From assembly GCA_002811645.1 (NCBI GenBank), contig PDIP01000011.1, positions 4,435 through 68,434 on the forward strand: 64,000 nt of DNA, read 5' to 3'. The notes under the pieces are model-generated. The model saw nothing but the letters and a program-made list of their open reading frames with translations, was not told the DNA's origin and did no database searches. Both the position numbers and the translations under genes were made by a program. Of the stretch, positions 10,661 to 23,000 are shown piece after piece. The stretch is from Corallochytrium limacisporum Hawaii (Eukaryota; Protista; Pluriformea). Each line of letters starts with the position of its first letter. The stretch's first letter is position 1.

Positions 10661-12634
10661 TCACTTGGCCTCGGTCTGGACCATGGGAACTTGCATGGAT
10701 TGGACGTCAGAGTTCTTCCTGTGCCTATGTGTCACAACACCCAAGGCAACAGCCAGGGCAACGACGGCACAACCCAGGATCACACCAACAGCGATGAGGG
10801 CATCCTTGTACTTGTCAGAATCACTGCTTTCGCTCTCAGCTTCTCCCTCGCTGTTGTCAGTATTGCCCTCATCGCCACCGGCAAAGACAGACTCCGGGCA
10901 GGCACCGAGAGCAGCCATCATGGGGTCCTCGTCGTCATCGTAGAAATCGACGTGAAGGGCGTATGTAGAGCGGGCAACATTCTCACATGGACCACAAGTG
11001 GATGCGTCGGGGCAGAACTCGTCCGGAGTGCACCATCCGTAGACGCCAACAAAGTATGCACCAGGTTCAATCTGGTCCTTAGGGATGTCTACATGGCGGC
11101 GCTCAATCTGAGCCAGCTTGTAGGCGTGATTGTAAATGGTTGGCTCTCGAGTAGTGGGGCTAACGAGCAATTCAGGCCAAGAATATGTCTGAGGACACTC
11201 CTCAGGATCAAGCCAGTTAGCCAGGGAGACGCGCACGTTCTTGGAGTCATCAGGGACACAGAAGTGGTAGTAGTGGTATCCATTGGCTCCGACAACACCA
11301 ACCTGGCTCAGACCGGTAATGTCGCCGGTTTCCGTGTCCTGATAAGCCTTAATACTGAAAATGGCCTTAGTGTCACCAGTGTTCACATCCCCGCCACAGT
11401 AAGCATGGACACCAATGTAGTACTCAGTGTTACCCACGAAGCTGGGGTCATAGTAGGGGATGGTGATGTTTTCGTGAATCAAAGCTTCCGGGTCAGTCCA
11501 GTTGTAGGAGGTCCAGGCCAAGGTCTCAGTGCTGGGTCGCCTGACGGGTTCATGGCTAATGTACACATCCGCCTCACCTTGCTCAATGGTTAGCTCAATC
11601 TTGAGGTCCGCGCAAGGATTCTCAACGGCGTACTTAAAGTATGCGTATGTGTTGCAGTCAACCTCTTCCGGCTGGAACTCGCCGTCCACCAGCTCGGTAA
11701 TCACAGCGGGCTCCTGGTGGTGCTCTTCTTCAATCTTGGCCTCGGGAGTGCAGGTGTCGTCATCGCTCCGTACAACATCTACAGTAAGGTCGTATTTAAA
11801 GTCCGTGGTACTGCAAGGGCCGCAAGTGGCAGGGTCAGGACAGTGTTCGTCGGGTGTGCACCACCCGTAAACACCGACAAAGTAGTGACCGGTTTGGTAA
11901 TCAGGGTCCGATGCCTTGATCTCAACAAAGCGACGGTCAATTTGGGCTAGCTTCCAAGTGTAGTCGTTAATGGTAGGGTTGCGAAGACTGTTGGACACCA
12001 GTAACTCGGGATAGGCGTAGGCATCGTCCTCCCCGCACGCGCCTTCGGTGGGGTCGATACAGTTGATGAGATCGACCGTGATATCAGCACACTTGTAGGG
12101 CACGCAGAAGTGATACCAATGGTATTCCTCAGCGAGCATACGCACATCACGTACCGCATCGTTGAAGAGGTCGCGAGCTACCTTAACCCCGTGAAGATCT
12201 TCGTCCATTTCAGAGTCAACCTGAGTCACGGTAATCTTCACTTCAGCAGGAGTATCGCCAGACAAAACGTCCTCACCACAGTATGCGTAGACACCGATGT
12301 AGTACTTGCCAAGTTCAAAGCTGGGGTCCCAGTGGGAAATGGTCAACTGTTCGCCGCCCCACTCGTAGGATGTCCAGGTCAGATCTTCAAGAGTAGGATT
12401 GATGATGTTGTCTGATTCTTTCGAAACGTACAGATCAGGCTCTCCTACAACCTTCTCGACGTCAATGAAGATGTCCTTGCACGCTTCAGTAGCATCGAAT
12501 TCGAAATACTTGTAAGTGTCACAGGGCATGGTAGCATCCACAGTAACGCCGGCTTGCAGGACTTGAGGAGTTTGCTGGCCCATGACGGCAGCGGACATGC
12601 CACCAAGGACAACAACAGTGTTCACGAACTTCAT
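10661..12634 (-). CDS. Type I membrane protein with four PPC-like beta-sandwich repeats (A-B-A'-B')
   Basis: Signal peptide; repeats with GEPDLYVS/GEADVYIS..YYIGV and YPELLVS/WPELLVS..YFVGVYGWC; C-terminal TM helix ALIAVGVILGCAVVALAVALGVV followed by basic HRHRK. Confidence 0.85.
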   Translation of the reverse strand: MKFVNTVVVLGGMSAAVMGQQTPQVLQAGVTVDATMPCDTYKYFEFDATEACKDIFIDVEKVVGEPDLYVSKESDNIINPTLEDLTWTSYEWGGEQLTISHWDPSFELGKYYIGVYAYCGEDVLSGDTPAEVKITVTQVDSEMDEDLHGVKVARDLFNDAVRDVRMLAEEYHWYHFCVPYKCADITVDLINCIDPTEGACGEDDAYAYPELLVSNSLRNPTINDYTWKLAQIDRRFVEIKASDPDYQTGHYFVGVYGWCTPDEHCPDPATCGPCSTTDFKYDLTVDVVRSDDDTCTPEAKIEEEHHQEPAVITELVDGEFQPEEVDCNTYAYFKYAVENPCADLKIELTIEQGEADVYISHEPVRRPSTETLAWTSYNWTDPEALIHENITIPYYDPSFVGNTEYYIGVHAYCGGDVNTGDTKAIFSIKAYQDTETGDITGLSQVGVVGANGYHYYHFCVPDDSKNVRVSLANWLDPEECPQTYSWPELLVSPTTREPTIYNHAYKLAQIERRHVDIPKDQIEPGAYFVGVYGWCTPDEFCPDASTCGPCENVARSTYALHVDFYDDDEDPMMAALGACPESVFAGGDEGNTDNSEGEAESESSDSDKYKDALIAVGVILGCAVVALAVALGVVTHRHRKNSDVQSMQVPMVQTEAK

Positions 12635-15600
12635 AGTTTAGTAGATTAGTAAATTCAGCTCCCTCCGTAGGTGTTAACCTAATCAGGTTCAAAGGGTGTT
12701 TCTCAGCTATGTCAAAGACAGAGCACCCCCGCTGATACAAAGAATTAAGGAGGTAACGGATCTTCTCAAACTTCAAACATGTATCTCTGGTACTTGAAAT
12801 ACCTAAAGGACCAAGATCGCCACCAGGTTGAGCAATCTCGTGCAGTCGGAGTCTGAGTGCAAGTGCATTTCATGGAAGTGTCAGACAGAGACTATTGGAA
12901 TGATCAGTATGATTGAGTATCCGGCTGCTCAGGTACCAATGTCCCGCATTGCAAGACTAAACGCTCGGTAACTAGTCTTGTTCACAGTTATTTCCCCCCC
13001 CCCACTCTTGGTATTGAATAGTGAATGAATTCGTCTCGTGTCCGATTTTCACACAGATATCCGAAGACTCGAACGGACAGTCCGAAGCTGTGTGATGCAA
13101 AATGGGAGAGGGGAAGGGGGGGATGGTCCCGGGTGGCACACCTCACCGTCTGCGACACATCTTTTGAGTTGGAAGACTGCGTTGGGTATACTCCTGCTGT
13201 CGGACATGGTACCTGCACTTGGTGAGGTTACATATTGGGAAAATTACTCGGGCTTTGGGAGTCAGCAATGTCGCCCGCCTGTTTCCACTGCCACCTTCGA
13301 CCCAACTTGCACACACATTCGTATCATATATCGCCACCACCAGTACACGGTACTCAGGCACCGGCACTTTTTTGGGTCAAAGGAAGGCAAAAAGCTGGTG
13401 TGGTGGTTTAAATTGGGATTGGTCGGCGGAGATGAATCCATCTTACGACGCCGTCTGTCCAAAAGAGAAAGTGACCTCTTCCCACTTTCTCCGTCCCCCT
13501 CACTTAACCCCCCCCCCTCCTCCTGCCTTGTTCTTTACCGTTACACACGTTAGGAGCATAACGTAAGCCGGTGCATATTAACGCGTGTAGACGTTGGCCC
13601 AATGGGATGGAGAGACCAATGAGGTGTCCCACACATTTTAAGCAAATGACAAGTTCCCTTGTGCTGACCTGACCATATGTGCCTTAGCGTGTACGCCTGC
13701 AGTCCTACGCAACCGAAAGAAGAAAAAGGTCACGCGGTAGGTGCGCTCCTTCTCCGGTGTTTTTTTTTCTTGCACGCATCGTCGGTGCGTCAGTGCACTG
13801 GTTAACATTACAAAAAGCCAACGGTGCCATTTACCTTCGGTTGATTCCCCATCTATTCGATCTGTACGAGTACACTGGTGTCACTCCTACCGTACGTGCC
13901 CTTTCCCCTCCCACTGCGTCCTCCCCTTCTCCCAGGGTGTGACAAAATTGCCTAGGCCGAGGTCTCTTGGAGGTGAGCGGGGGGTTCTTTTGGTTCTTCT
14001 CTCGGTTCCGAAGGACCGGACAAGGCCAGGAAAGGCGTCGCAAAGACGTCAATGCCGTTAAGAGCGAGAGAATATCAGAACACACTACCGTCTGTTGCCA
14101 CCTTTCGCAAGGCACGAATGCTAAGCGGCATCACCCGATGACCTCCTGTTTTCCGGTGGTTTGAGCACATGCCTCAGTTTTGCCTGCACGGGCGTATCTC
14201 AGAAGCCATATTTTCGCTGGGTCCCCTCCAAAATCATGACCGGGACGGTGGGTCCCAAACGCGCCCAGGAGACCAAAAACAGTAAAGCAGTGGACTTTGC
14301 GTGTGACACGGTGGTACTGGAAATCATCGGATAGAGAAAGAGGACAACAGGTACTTTTGAGATCGGAGGGGTGGATCCTCAGACTCGTAAACAAACCACA
14401 GTGGCTTTCGAGCCGTGATCGGATGCGCCAGATAGGTTAGAATGGAGAGTTCGTGCTGCCTGCTTCATAATATTCCTTTTTTTTTCAGTGACACGTTTTC
14501 ACAATAAACAAGAGCAATTCACTAACTCGTGTGGAAAGAAATTTTGATGACTCGGACGCTGACATGCGAGGGCGAGTGGGTGAGGTACTCGGTGAGGGAA
14601 TGCGCGAAATTTTGGTTTATGCCCTGAATACACTAAATCATATAGTAGGGCAAACCATACATCCAGTACTGGCATGGTGCTGACCATGTGCATTGCTAGT
14701 TGAAAATAGATTCTTCCGTCTCTCCGGCCGCTGTGTTCCGTCTTCACTTCAATCATTCTCATGATTCCTTCCCATAATACGACGGAAGAGAGTAGTCAGG
14801 GAGCGAGTGGCTTCGGAATGAGATGACGACTCAGCATCGCTTGGGTATACTACTTTGCAAGCCCGGCTGCGGGCATGACAGCCCGCGGGCAAGGGGGCGA
14901 TTAATCGTCACGATGTATCATCACTAATTCGGGGTTGTTTGGGGTTTGTACAATGTCGCGCGAGAGGATAACAGCGGATCGACTGTACGCTGGGTTTACC
15001 ACTTGCATGCTCTGCCATCCAACATCACTTGTTTACTGATTGTGGGGAGCTCGAAGCCATACAATATCATGGTTACGCGCCAGTCAACAAAGGGGTGATG
15101 CACTGTTGTGCCCGCATGTGAAGGAGATGGTGGAGACCGGGTACTTCGCCCTATCGCATTGTGTATTTCTCTTCTGTTCCTCACTGTGATGCATCGTCAC
15201 CTTTTCAGGTGATGCTCTTCCACATCAAAATTCACAATCTCACTGATGAATGAATACGTATATCTACCCGTCCCCACATGGTATAGACTGGAAGGAAATT
15301 CTGGTTGTGGGAACACACGAAATAGAATCACAATAACTATCTCTGTAACCATCCTTGGAGCCACTCTGGCTGACATGGCCGCTGTAAAGATGGGAAGTCA
15401 TGGCGGATATTAAACTTCAGGGGACCCCACACAGGCGTTCTATAGAGTAGTTGCGCTACTGGCTGACGGTTGTGGTCAGCATTCCACTAATCCTCTCGCT
15501 CTTCCTTTCCTCTCCTTTAGCATTCCTCGTCTTCCCCACCGCCAAAAGATGTACCGGTGATGTTGCGCAGAAATCTGACTGAAAGAAGCCCACAGAACAC

Positions 15601-16222
15601 TGCCAGTCTGCCGGAATGAAACATTCGAGATGGTCGAAAGATACACACAGGAGCCAGCCGGGTGACCATTTGTTTTCTCTCCTTCCACCACATACCAGTG
15701 CAAAGTGTAGGGGGATGGAATAATATAAACAAACGGAGCCTCCATTACACCCGACAGAAGGGTAGTGCGGTCAGAGGGCAGATCCAGGCTACCCAGCGGT
15801 ATTTTTGGTTGCGCGGATACGCATATATGTCAATCTGGATTCCTCGACTTGTGGATGGAATGAACGGGAGGAGCCGAACACAGTGCTATACATATATGAT
15901 TGGCAGCAATGCACGAAAACGCGTACGGACCCATTCCAAATGACGAATACCGCTTGCACAAAGTTTGAATTCCAGGCCCGCGACCTCGCAGTCGGTAACA
16001 GCACCCCAATTTGAGTTCCCTGCGCCTCGATATCATAGATGACCCCTTTCTCGTCCAATCCATGTAATTATCTTCGTCCAAGCCCTTCGCGTAGTGCGGG
16101 TGGCCCCATATTCAGAAAGTGATGCAGATAGGAGTGAGGGCCTGGTGTGATAAGATTTGTCGCTAGAGCTGAATGGCAATAGTCGTTGACGCCCTTCAAA
16201 ACTGGACAGACTTAATTTACGT

Positions 16223-17755
16223 TTATTCTTTTGAGTCTGAAGATGATTCTGATTCTTTTGCAGTCTCCGAAACTGAAGTGTTTGATAGAGACGGAGAGCC
16301 TGCTCTCCTGTTGAAGGACTTCCGTCTAACGATACCTGCAACAATATTGACCGCGCCAAGGGATGTGGCCAAACGTTCCCGGATGGCTTCTTGCATGTCT
16401 GATTTGGATACGGACACATGCCCAACGTTTTCGTCATAACTTGGAAGTGGGTAAGCTCCAAATGCGGTGATCCATGGGTCAGAGCGGATTTCCTGGGCTG
16501 TGATCCGTTTCTCAGGGTCTTTCTCCAGCATGCGCTCGATCAACCTTTTGCACTCTGGAGTCACATCAATATCTTCAGGCCAAGTCACTTCTTCCTCGAT
16601 AATCTTATCATATAAGAGAGGAATGGACTTCGACATGAAGGGGGCCCGTCCTACCACCATCATATAGAAAGTCACTCCCATGGCCCAAATATCTGCTGGC
16701 TGACCTCGTGGTGGTGAATCGTACTCATCCTCATCGTAGTCAATGACTTCCGGTGACAAGAACGCCGGAGTCCCTTCTGTTCCTGTTCCGCGTGTCATTG
16801 TCTTGTCCATTGCTACTGCTATGCCAAAGTCAGCAAGTTTGACGCCTCCATCGCTTGACACGAGAATGTTGTCAGGCTTGATATCCCGATGTGCGATTCC
16901 GTAGTGATGCATAGTTTCCACAGCCAGCAGCAGCTGAACTATGTATTTCCTTGCCGTTGTCTCTGGCATACGTGCTTGGAAAATGGGACGGGCCTTGTGT
17001 TTCCTTCTGTTATCAGTGGGTGACGGTGTTACAGAGAGGTGCGTCTCATTGACACGATCTTCGGTGGATTCCGGCAGTTTGAACAATACACCACCATCCA
17101 CGTACTCCATGACAAGATATAATCCTTCATTGTCCTCTTCTTCAAGCACTTCATAAAGCCTCACTATGTGAGGGTGGTGTAACTTCTTAAGTATAGCAAT
17201 CTCTCGACGCACGTCCTCCATTTCATCGTCGAGGCTTGGCCCGCTTCCAGGCTTGCACAGCATTCGCCCTCGTAGACGTCTGGCTGCCTTTTTCCCGGAA
17301 ACAAATTTCAGAGCGTACGCAATATCCTCATCATTGTCTTTGTGTGCAAGAAACACCACACCGCTGGTTCCACGACCCAGTTCTTTGTCAATCACATAAT
17401 CGTTAATTCTAGTGAGTCGGTCAAGATCCGACTCCTTCAGGGAAACTACAGACCGCCGGATGTCATCTTGGCTGGAACTGAGCTTTCTGTAACGAAACTC
17501 GGATAGAGAAAAGGAGGTAGACCCACGCCTAGGTTCGAAGCCATATTCATGCGGAGGAAACGAGTGTGGTTCCCTTCCAGAATCAGAATTCGGGCGAGGG
17601 AGATTGACTGACGCGCGCCTTTTCTCCCCCTCAGTTTGAGATCGAGGACGCAGGAAGGAGCCAGGACGCAGGAAGGAGGCGGACTTACGCCTGGATTCCA
17701 CCGCCGTCTCCTCCACTTTCAGCACAGGCATGGACTCTTTCCTTGGTATATTCAT
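16223..17755 (-). CDS. CAMKK: Ca2+/calmodulin-dependent protein kinase kinase-like Ser/Thr kinase
   Basis: LGRGTSGVV, YALK, Arg/Pro-rich insert, VRREIAILKKLHHPHIVRLYEVL, HRDIKPDN, DFG, GTPAFLSPE, DIWAMGVT; several RRxS sites. Confidence 0.88.
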   Translation of the reverse strand: MNIPRKESMPVLKVEETAVESRRKSASFLRPGSFLRPRSQTEGEKRRASVNLPRPNSDSGREPHSFPPHEYGFEPRRGSTSFSLSEFRYRKLSSSQDDIRRSVVSLKESDLDRLTRINDYVIDKELGRGTSGVVFLAHKDNDEDIAYALKFVSGKKAARRLRGRMLCKPGSGPSLDDEMEDVRREIAILKKLHHPHIVRLYEVLEEEDNEGLYLVMEYVDGGVLFKLPESTEDRVNETHLSVTPSPTDNRRKHKARPIFQARMPETTARKYIVQLLLAVETMHHYGIAHRDIKPDNILVSSDGGVKLADFGIAVAMDKTMTRGTGTEGTPAFLSPEVIDYDEDEYDSPPRGQPADIWAMGVTFYMMVVGRAPFMSKSIPLLYDKIIEEEVTWPEDIDVTPECKRLIERMLEKDPEKRITAQEIRSDPWITAFGAYPLPSYDENVGHVSVSKSDMQEAIRERLATSLGAVNIVAGIVRRKSFNRRAGSPSLSNTSVSETAKESESSSDSKE

Positions 17756-17807
17756 TCACATACCCGTTGATACCACCTCTGTCACGTCATACGGATATTG
17801 ATCGCAT
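17756..17807 (-). promoter_or_regulatory. Three short uORFs directly upstream of the CaMKK ATG
   Basis: MRSISV* (17807-17787), MT* (17790-17782), and ATG-TGA (17761-17756) abutting the main ATG in frame; function untested. Confidence 0.4.
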
Positions 17808-18928
17808 TGTTTTAAGAGAGTTCGGCTTTCAGAGCTTGTTTACTTATCCACACTTTTGATCCTTAAATATCATCTAGTAAAGGCGAATACTGTCCCGCTC
17901 CCGCATTGGTTGCCAAAAAGTTCCGCGGACCATGCATTCAAAATATGGTTCGTTAACCCCGCACGCTCGAGGCCTTGCCAGAGAACCCGCCTTCCGCCCT
18001 CCCCCGGGCCCCGGGTCGTGCGTTCTCCTGCTATGGGAACAATAAAACTACCCGCATAGAAAATTTCTCTTTCATTCCCTTCCGCACTTTCCTAGGCCGG
18101 GGGAGCCGCGAAAGTGACGAGGCACCTACTTTATCGCTACTGGTAGAATGGAACAGCAGTACTCCATAGTCACCCGACCACAGATCACAGATCATCCGCT
18201 GAGGATCCACCACAACCCCTCTCTTGCCCAAGGACATTATCTACTACCAACGCCCCGGGCTTACACCCCAGCCACTAAAATTGTCCTCTGCTGGGCCCAA
18301 TCGTATTTAGGTTCTGCGGCCGGCCAGGAAGGGGTCGGGTGGGGTTGGGGAGAGGTGGTAGTGTGGGTAAATGCAAGTACGCTGTCAAGTTTTTGTCCTT
18401 AGTTTCGATTTTGCTCCTGTGACCAGTGGTTGTCGTCGTCAACAGTTTCCTGCGATACTGAAGCTCTGTGGATTTTTCATTGTGGATGGCCTTCATGAGT
18501 GCAAATTCCGAATACTCCTCCGCTTCAATGTGATATGCCCAATAGTCGAATTTTGATATACTGCCATTTTAAAAATCATGCCTGGAACCAAGTAGGTAGG
18601 ATGGAGGGGCATGGGACAATTGGGAGGTCAGTCCATTGTTCCAGTATGGATAGCCACTCTAGCACACGACTCGGGAAGAATCACAGGGAAGGGTTCCCCA
18701 CCCATGTGAAACGTAAGGGAAGTAATGGGGGTCATACTGTGCAGTAGGTTGCAAACAACATTCACCTACCATTTGGATAGGTTGATTGCGCAGGATAGAA
18801 GTGGACAGATTGGCACCTGACAAAGGTTTAATGGCAGGCTATTTCATCCGATAAAACTCATACAAAATGCAGCTAAGACCAAGCATTTTCAGAGCCATCG
18901 GCATCCAGACCACAGGGATCCAACCAAC

Positions 18929-19213
18929 ATGGGGCTCTTTGGGGGAGGAAACAGCGCTGCTGCGGCAGCACAGTCAGCAGCACAGCTTCAGATGGCAGAG
19001 CAAGAAATGGATGCCATTACTGATCTTTTCAATCGCCTGGTATCCACATGCAACAAGAAATGCGTGCCCAACAAGTACCGCGACGGAGAGCTTACCAAGG
19101 GGGAGTCAGTATGCATTGACCGCTGTGTGGCAAAGTACATGGAAGCTCATGACAAGATTGGAAAGCTTCTTCAGGAAATGAATGCCCAGCAAGGAGGACA
19201 GGCACCTGTTTGA
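18929..19213 (+). CDS. TIM10: Mitochondrial intermembrane-space small Tim chaperone Tim10
   Basis: AEQEMDAITDLFNRL, twin CX3C (CNKKC, CIDRC), GELTKGESVCIDRCVAKY. Confidence 0.95.
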   Translation: MGLFGGGNSAAAAAQSAAQLQMAEQEMDAITDLFNRLVSTCNKKCVPNKYRDGELTKGESVCIDRCVAKYMEAHDKIGKLLQEMNAQQGGQAPV

Positions 19214-20087
19214 ACTAACAGTGAGACGACCAAAACATGAAAGTCGCATCGAGTATGCATGTACTCTCAATGCGGGGCTATCGAGAAGAAGCCATCCATA
19301 GCAGTCGCTGGACATCGTTTTCCGTGGACTTCTATGGTATTTATCCGACATAGATTTATAGTTCGTGTGAATTGAGAAGTAATTAAAGGGTTTGAAGTGC
19401 TTAAGTGTAGCTGTTGTTGGTTTACTCAGTAACCCAAGCTCTACATGATCTACTGTGCTCGTCTCCAGAATCAGGTTAGGCATCACGGACTCACTCCAGA
19501 GTCCAACCGCCAACACCCCTGCCCGGCTCCAAGAAATTAGACTCCCTTTTAAATTGCTGTAAATCAATAATTGGACCGTCAGCGCACTCTACTTTAGCGG
19601 TTATCAATATATTCACTATGGCATCCCATCAGTCACTATGGTAGACGGTGGCCAAGAAAGAGACTCCGAATTTATTCGACGGCAGCTAAGTGGGAGGGGA
19701 CCAATCAGCTCGCTTCCCTCTTCTCGGCCCGGCGATCTTGAGCGGCGGGAAGTACTGAGTTTTTCAAGGAGTTACTGGGGACCCTCAAAAGTCTCGTCAC
19801 TGGCTTTGCATAGAGCGCAGCGCTTCTTCATTCAAATCTAAGGGCAAATGACGCTGACTGGCGTGTTCACACGACAATCACATATTCTGTGGTTATTTGA
19901 ACACACTGAGTGCCACTTTGACATTTGATTCTGGCATGCATCTTTATCGGATGACCTCAGCAAAAGTTTGCGTTGGGCGTCCCATTTTCAAGCGAATTGG
20001 CTTGTAGCATTGTGCACCAGACCTTTTACCATAATGTTCGGTCGGAATATCGGCTAAGGATCACATTTATGTGGTCAAGAGTACAAT

Positions 20088-23000
20088 ATGGACGGTCTTA
20101 TCGCTAGCATAGCAGACCTTTCACAGGGACGCAGAAGTCATGTTGAACTTGGAAAGGACGCAGTTGTGCTGACTGGTCCAAACGGTAAGAAGGGGCTAAA
20201 AACGGTAGTCCATAAGTGGCTTCAAGGTCCTACTGGCCTTTTAAACAGACATCCGTATCTGGCAATACACACACGGTCATGTCGCGTGGACGACTTTGAG
20301 TCCCAAGGGATCTTCCTTAACAACCTTTTGCGAAGGCTTCGGGGCCCAGCATGGTTGCTTCAACAAATAATCGAAACACAGACGATTTTGAACGCTTTCT
20401 GCCTTCACATGAAGGATGCATGCGTGGTACTGGGAGGTTATCTTCGACACGGTAGACTTCAGCTGGACGGTACAACAATCAAGGGCTCTTACAGCGACTT
20501 TCTACTCCCGGCAATAGAAGACGTGCTGGGACCGAAGGAAATGTCTGCGAGACCGCCAGCTTGGATCTTCGAGTTGATGCATGCTGGGATGTCAGATGAG
20601 GAGCTACAGAATTTAGGACTGGAAACATGGGAAGGAGACCCATCACATTCATTGATAGATCAGTTCGGAAACGTACGGGTTGCCCTTAGCATCATGAACG
20701 TTCCGAACGAATGGCAGGAGGCAATCTGGAGGACATTAGCAGCTATATGGCATCTGCTGGACAGGACTGGAAGTATCGTCGCGGGCCAGCCAGTCCAGGC
20801 TAGGATTGAAATTGCTTGTAAACTACTGCAATGCGACCCAAAAGGATTTGAAGGCAATTTAGATGTGTATCGGTTCGCGTCCTCTGTGTACTGGCGGTTA
20901 ATGCTCTGGGTGGTGCGCCAATGCAACATTGCCACTGGAGTTTCCCTTGCCAGTAGTGAGAAGGAATCCTCATTTTTGCACTTTACGATCGGAAATGTTG
21001 CGCCGGGTGGAGACCTTGAAATGTTCCGAGATCTTTGGCAAATGCAACCGCAGATAAACGAGTATGCCACGCAACGGAAAGAGTTAGAGACAGAATGCGG
21101 AATTATCCTTCCAAATGCCATAGGAATGGATAATGACTTTGAGGGATGTTTGGAGTCTCATCGAACGGAACCAGTCAAACAAATGGAAGAGATTGAAGAC
21201 AAGGTGGAGAGCATTCTTCGCCGGTCGTCTGATCTGGTGGTTGAGGGCTTGTCTGAAGCAGCTAATTTGTTCCGAATCGCAGTCTTGAAAGTGCTCGTTG
21301 CACGTATGAAGGCAGTGTGTCCGGAACTTACCTCTAAAAGTAAACTGCCCCCGGTGCCCTTGTACAATGTGTGCACCGCCCAGCAAGTCTTTGAAACGCT
21401 AAAAATGAGCAGGTTTCCAAGCACAGTCTTTGCTGTGCCACCAGACGTTGATTGTAGTACTTTGAGTGATCAGGGCTGTGACATTGCGCTTGTATTGAGC
21501 TCGCACGGTTTTGTGAAACTCGCCACGACAAAAGACTGTGAAAGGATGTTCCGGGTTCTGCTGCCGGAGAAACCTTGGGATGAAGAGTTGAGCTGTGCTT
21601 TGCGGTCGCTCTTGCCAGAGCAAGCCCGATCTGGTGTCTATGTTGGGGAAGCCCACTTGTTCTTTCGCAGTGATACATGGCAAGAGCTGAACACCAAACA
21701 TAATATGGTCTATCTCCAGTATCTCACCCGGCTACAAGCTCATGCCAGGATGATGCAAGCTCGAAGTCAATACCTTAATACTATGAAGGCCATTCGAACA
21801 ATTCAACAGTTTGTTCGGCCCCGTCGCCAACGCACGGAATACTTGAAACAACGAGAAGCAGCGTTGATGATTCAAAGCGTCTTTCGTGGCCATAGAGTGC
21901 GCATGGGCGATGAGACTCTTTCTCGCTTGCGAAAGCTTGCCATCACACCGAACGAAGCAGACGAGCAAGATGAAGCAGCGTTGATTCTGGAAGTCATTCG
22001 GCACACAGCATCATTCTCAGCGAACTGCCTGGAGACGCTCTCGCGGTCTATGAATGCGATGACTGCAGCGAAGGAACTCATGCAGTCATACAGATCTGTC
22101 CGCAATCCGGCATTGATGACAGCAAAGCGATCTACTGGCACGAGTGTTGCTGCCACGGGAGTCACTACCGCTGCGTCTGTTGCCCTTGGTCAGCAGGATG
22201 GAATTATGGAAGCGTCCATGGAAAGTGCAGCGCTTCTTGTGCAGGACGATTCCACCAAGCAAGGCGTTTACAGACATTGGCGGTCATTGAAGCTTGATGA
22301 GTATCTACGCAAGCTGTGGAACTACTATGATGAAGAGAATCTTCAGGCAGCTATTGATTCCTTTTGGACCCCTGTCAGCAAGACAGGAGATGACCTTAAG
22401 TTGTTCTGCCAGTACAACAACACACGCCAAGAGGAAATTGCGGAGACTACGATTTCTATTATGTGGAAATGTATCACAAGAAGGATCAATGATTCGACCG
22501 TTCTTCATGACACTTTCGTAGATCAGTGTCAGATTGTGGTAAGCAACGCATATTCCATACCTCCATTGCGGGATGAAATATATCTTCAATGTATTCGCTT
22601 TGCCAGTCAGCTGGGACAGTCACAAACTAATGGCAGCAGCGGGTCACGGATGATCCGACTTCGTCGGCTTTGGGTACTGATTTCGCAGTTCACTTTGTGC
22701 TTTGTGCCCTCCAAACATCTATCTCACTATTTTCTGGGTTTCCTGCTGCGCACAGTGGACACATTCATGGCCAAGGATGAGGACGACGGAGGATTCTGCG
22801 CGGATTACGCAAGATTTAGCTTTCGGTGTGTGCGACGAACGCGCCTCTGTGGACAGAGGAAAACGGAATGCACATCGCAAGAGGTAAAGGAGGTTCATGA
22901 CCTCAAACCTCGCAGAGTCAAAGTCATACTACCTGATGGTGTGGCAAAGTTGTTTGTAATGAAGCACGGCATGGTGGCCAGAGACATGGTGGCCGAAGTA

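Noticed and set aside
10691-11593. 300-aa plus-strand ORF, and similar antisense ORFs at 34021-35109 and 59384-60130
   Set aside because: Antisense shadows of real genes, with no independent motifs
15789-16081. Short minus-strand ORFs downstream of CaMKK
   Set aside because: TTG starts and no recognisable family; at most a decayed fragment
20163-20205. VVLTGPNGKKGLKT as the myosin P-loop
   Set aside because: Does not fit GxxxxGK(T/S) and lies further upstream of the ILxAF landmark than a P-loop normally does
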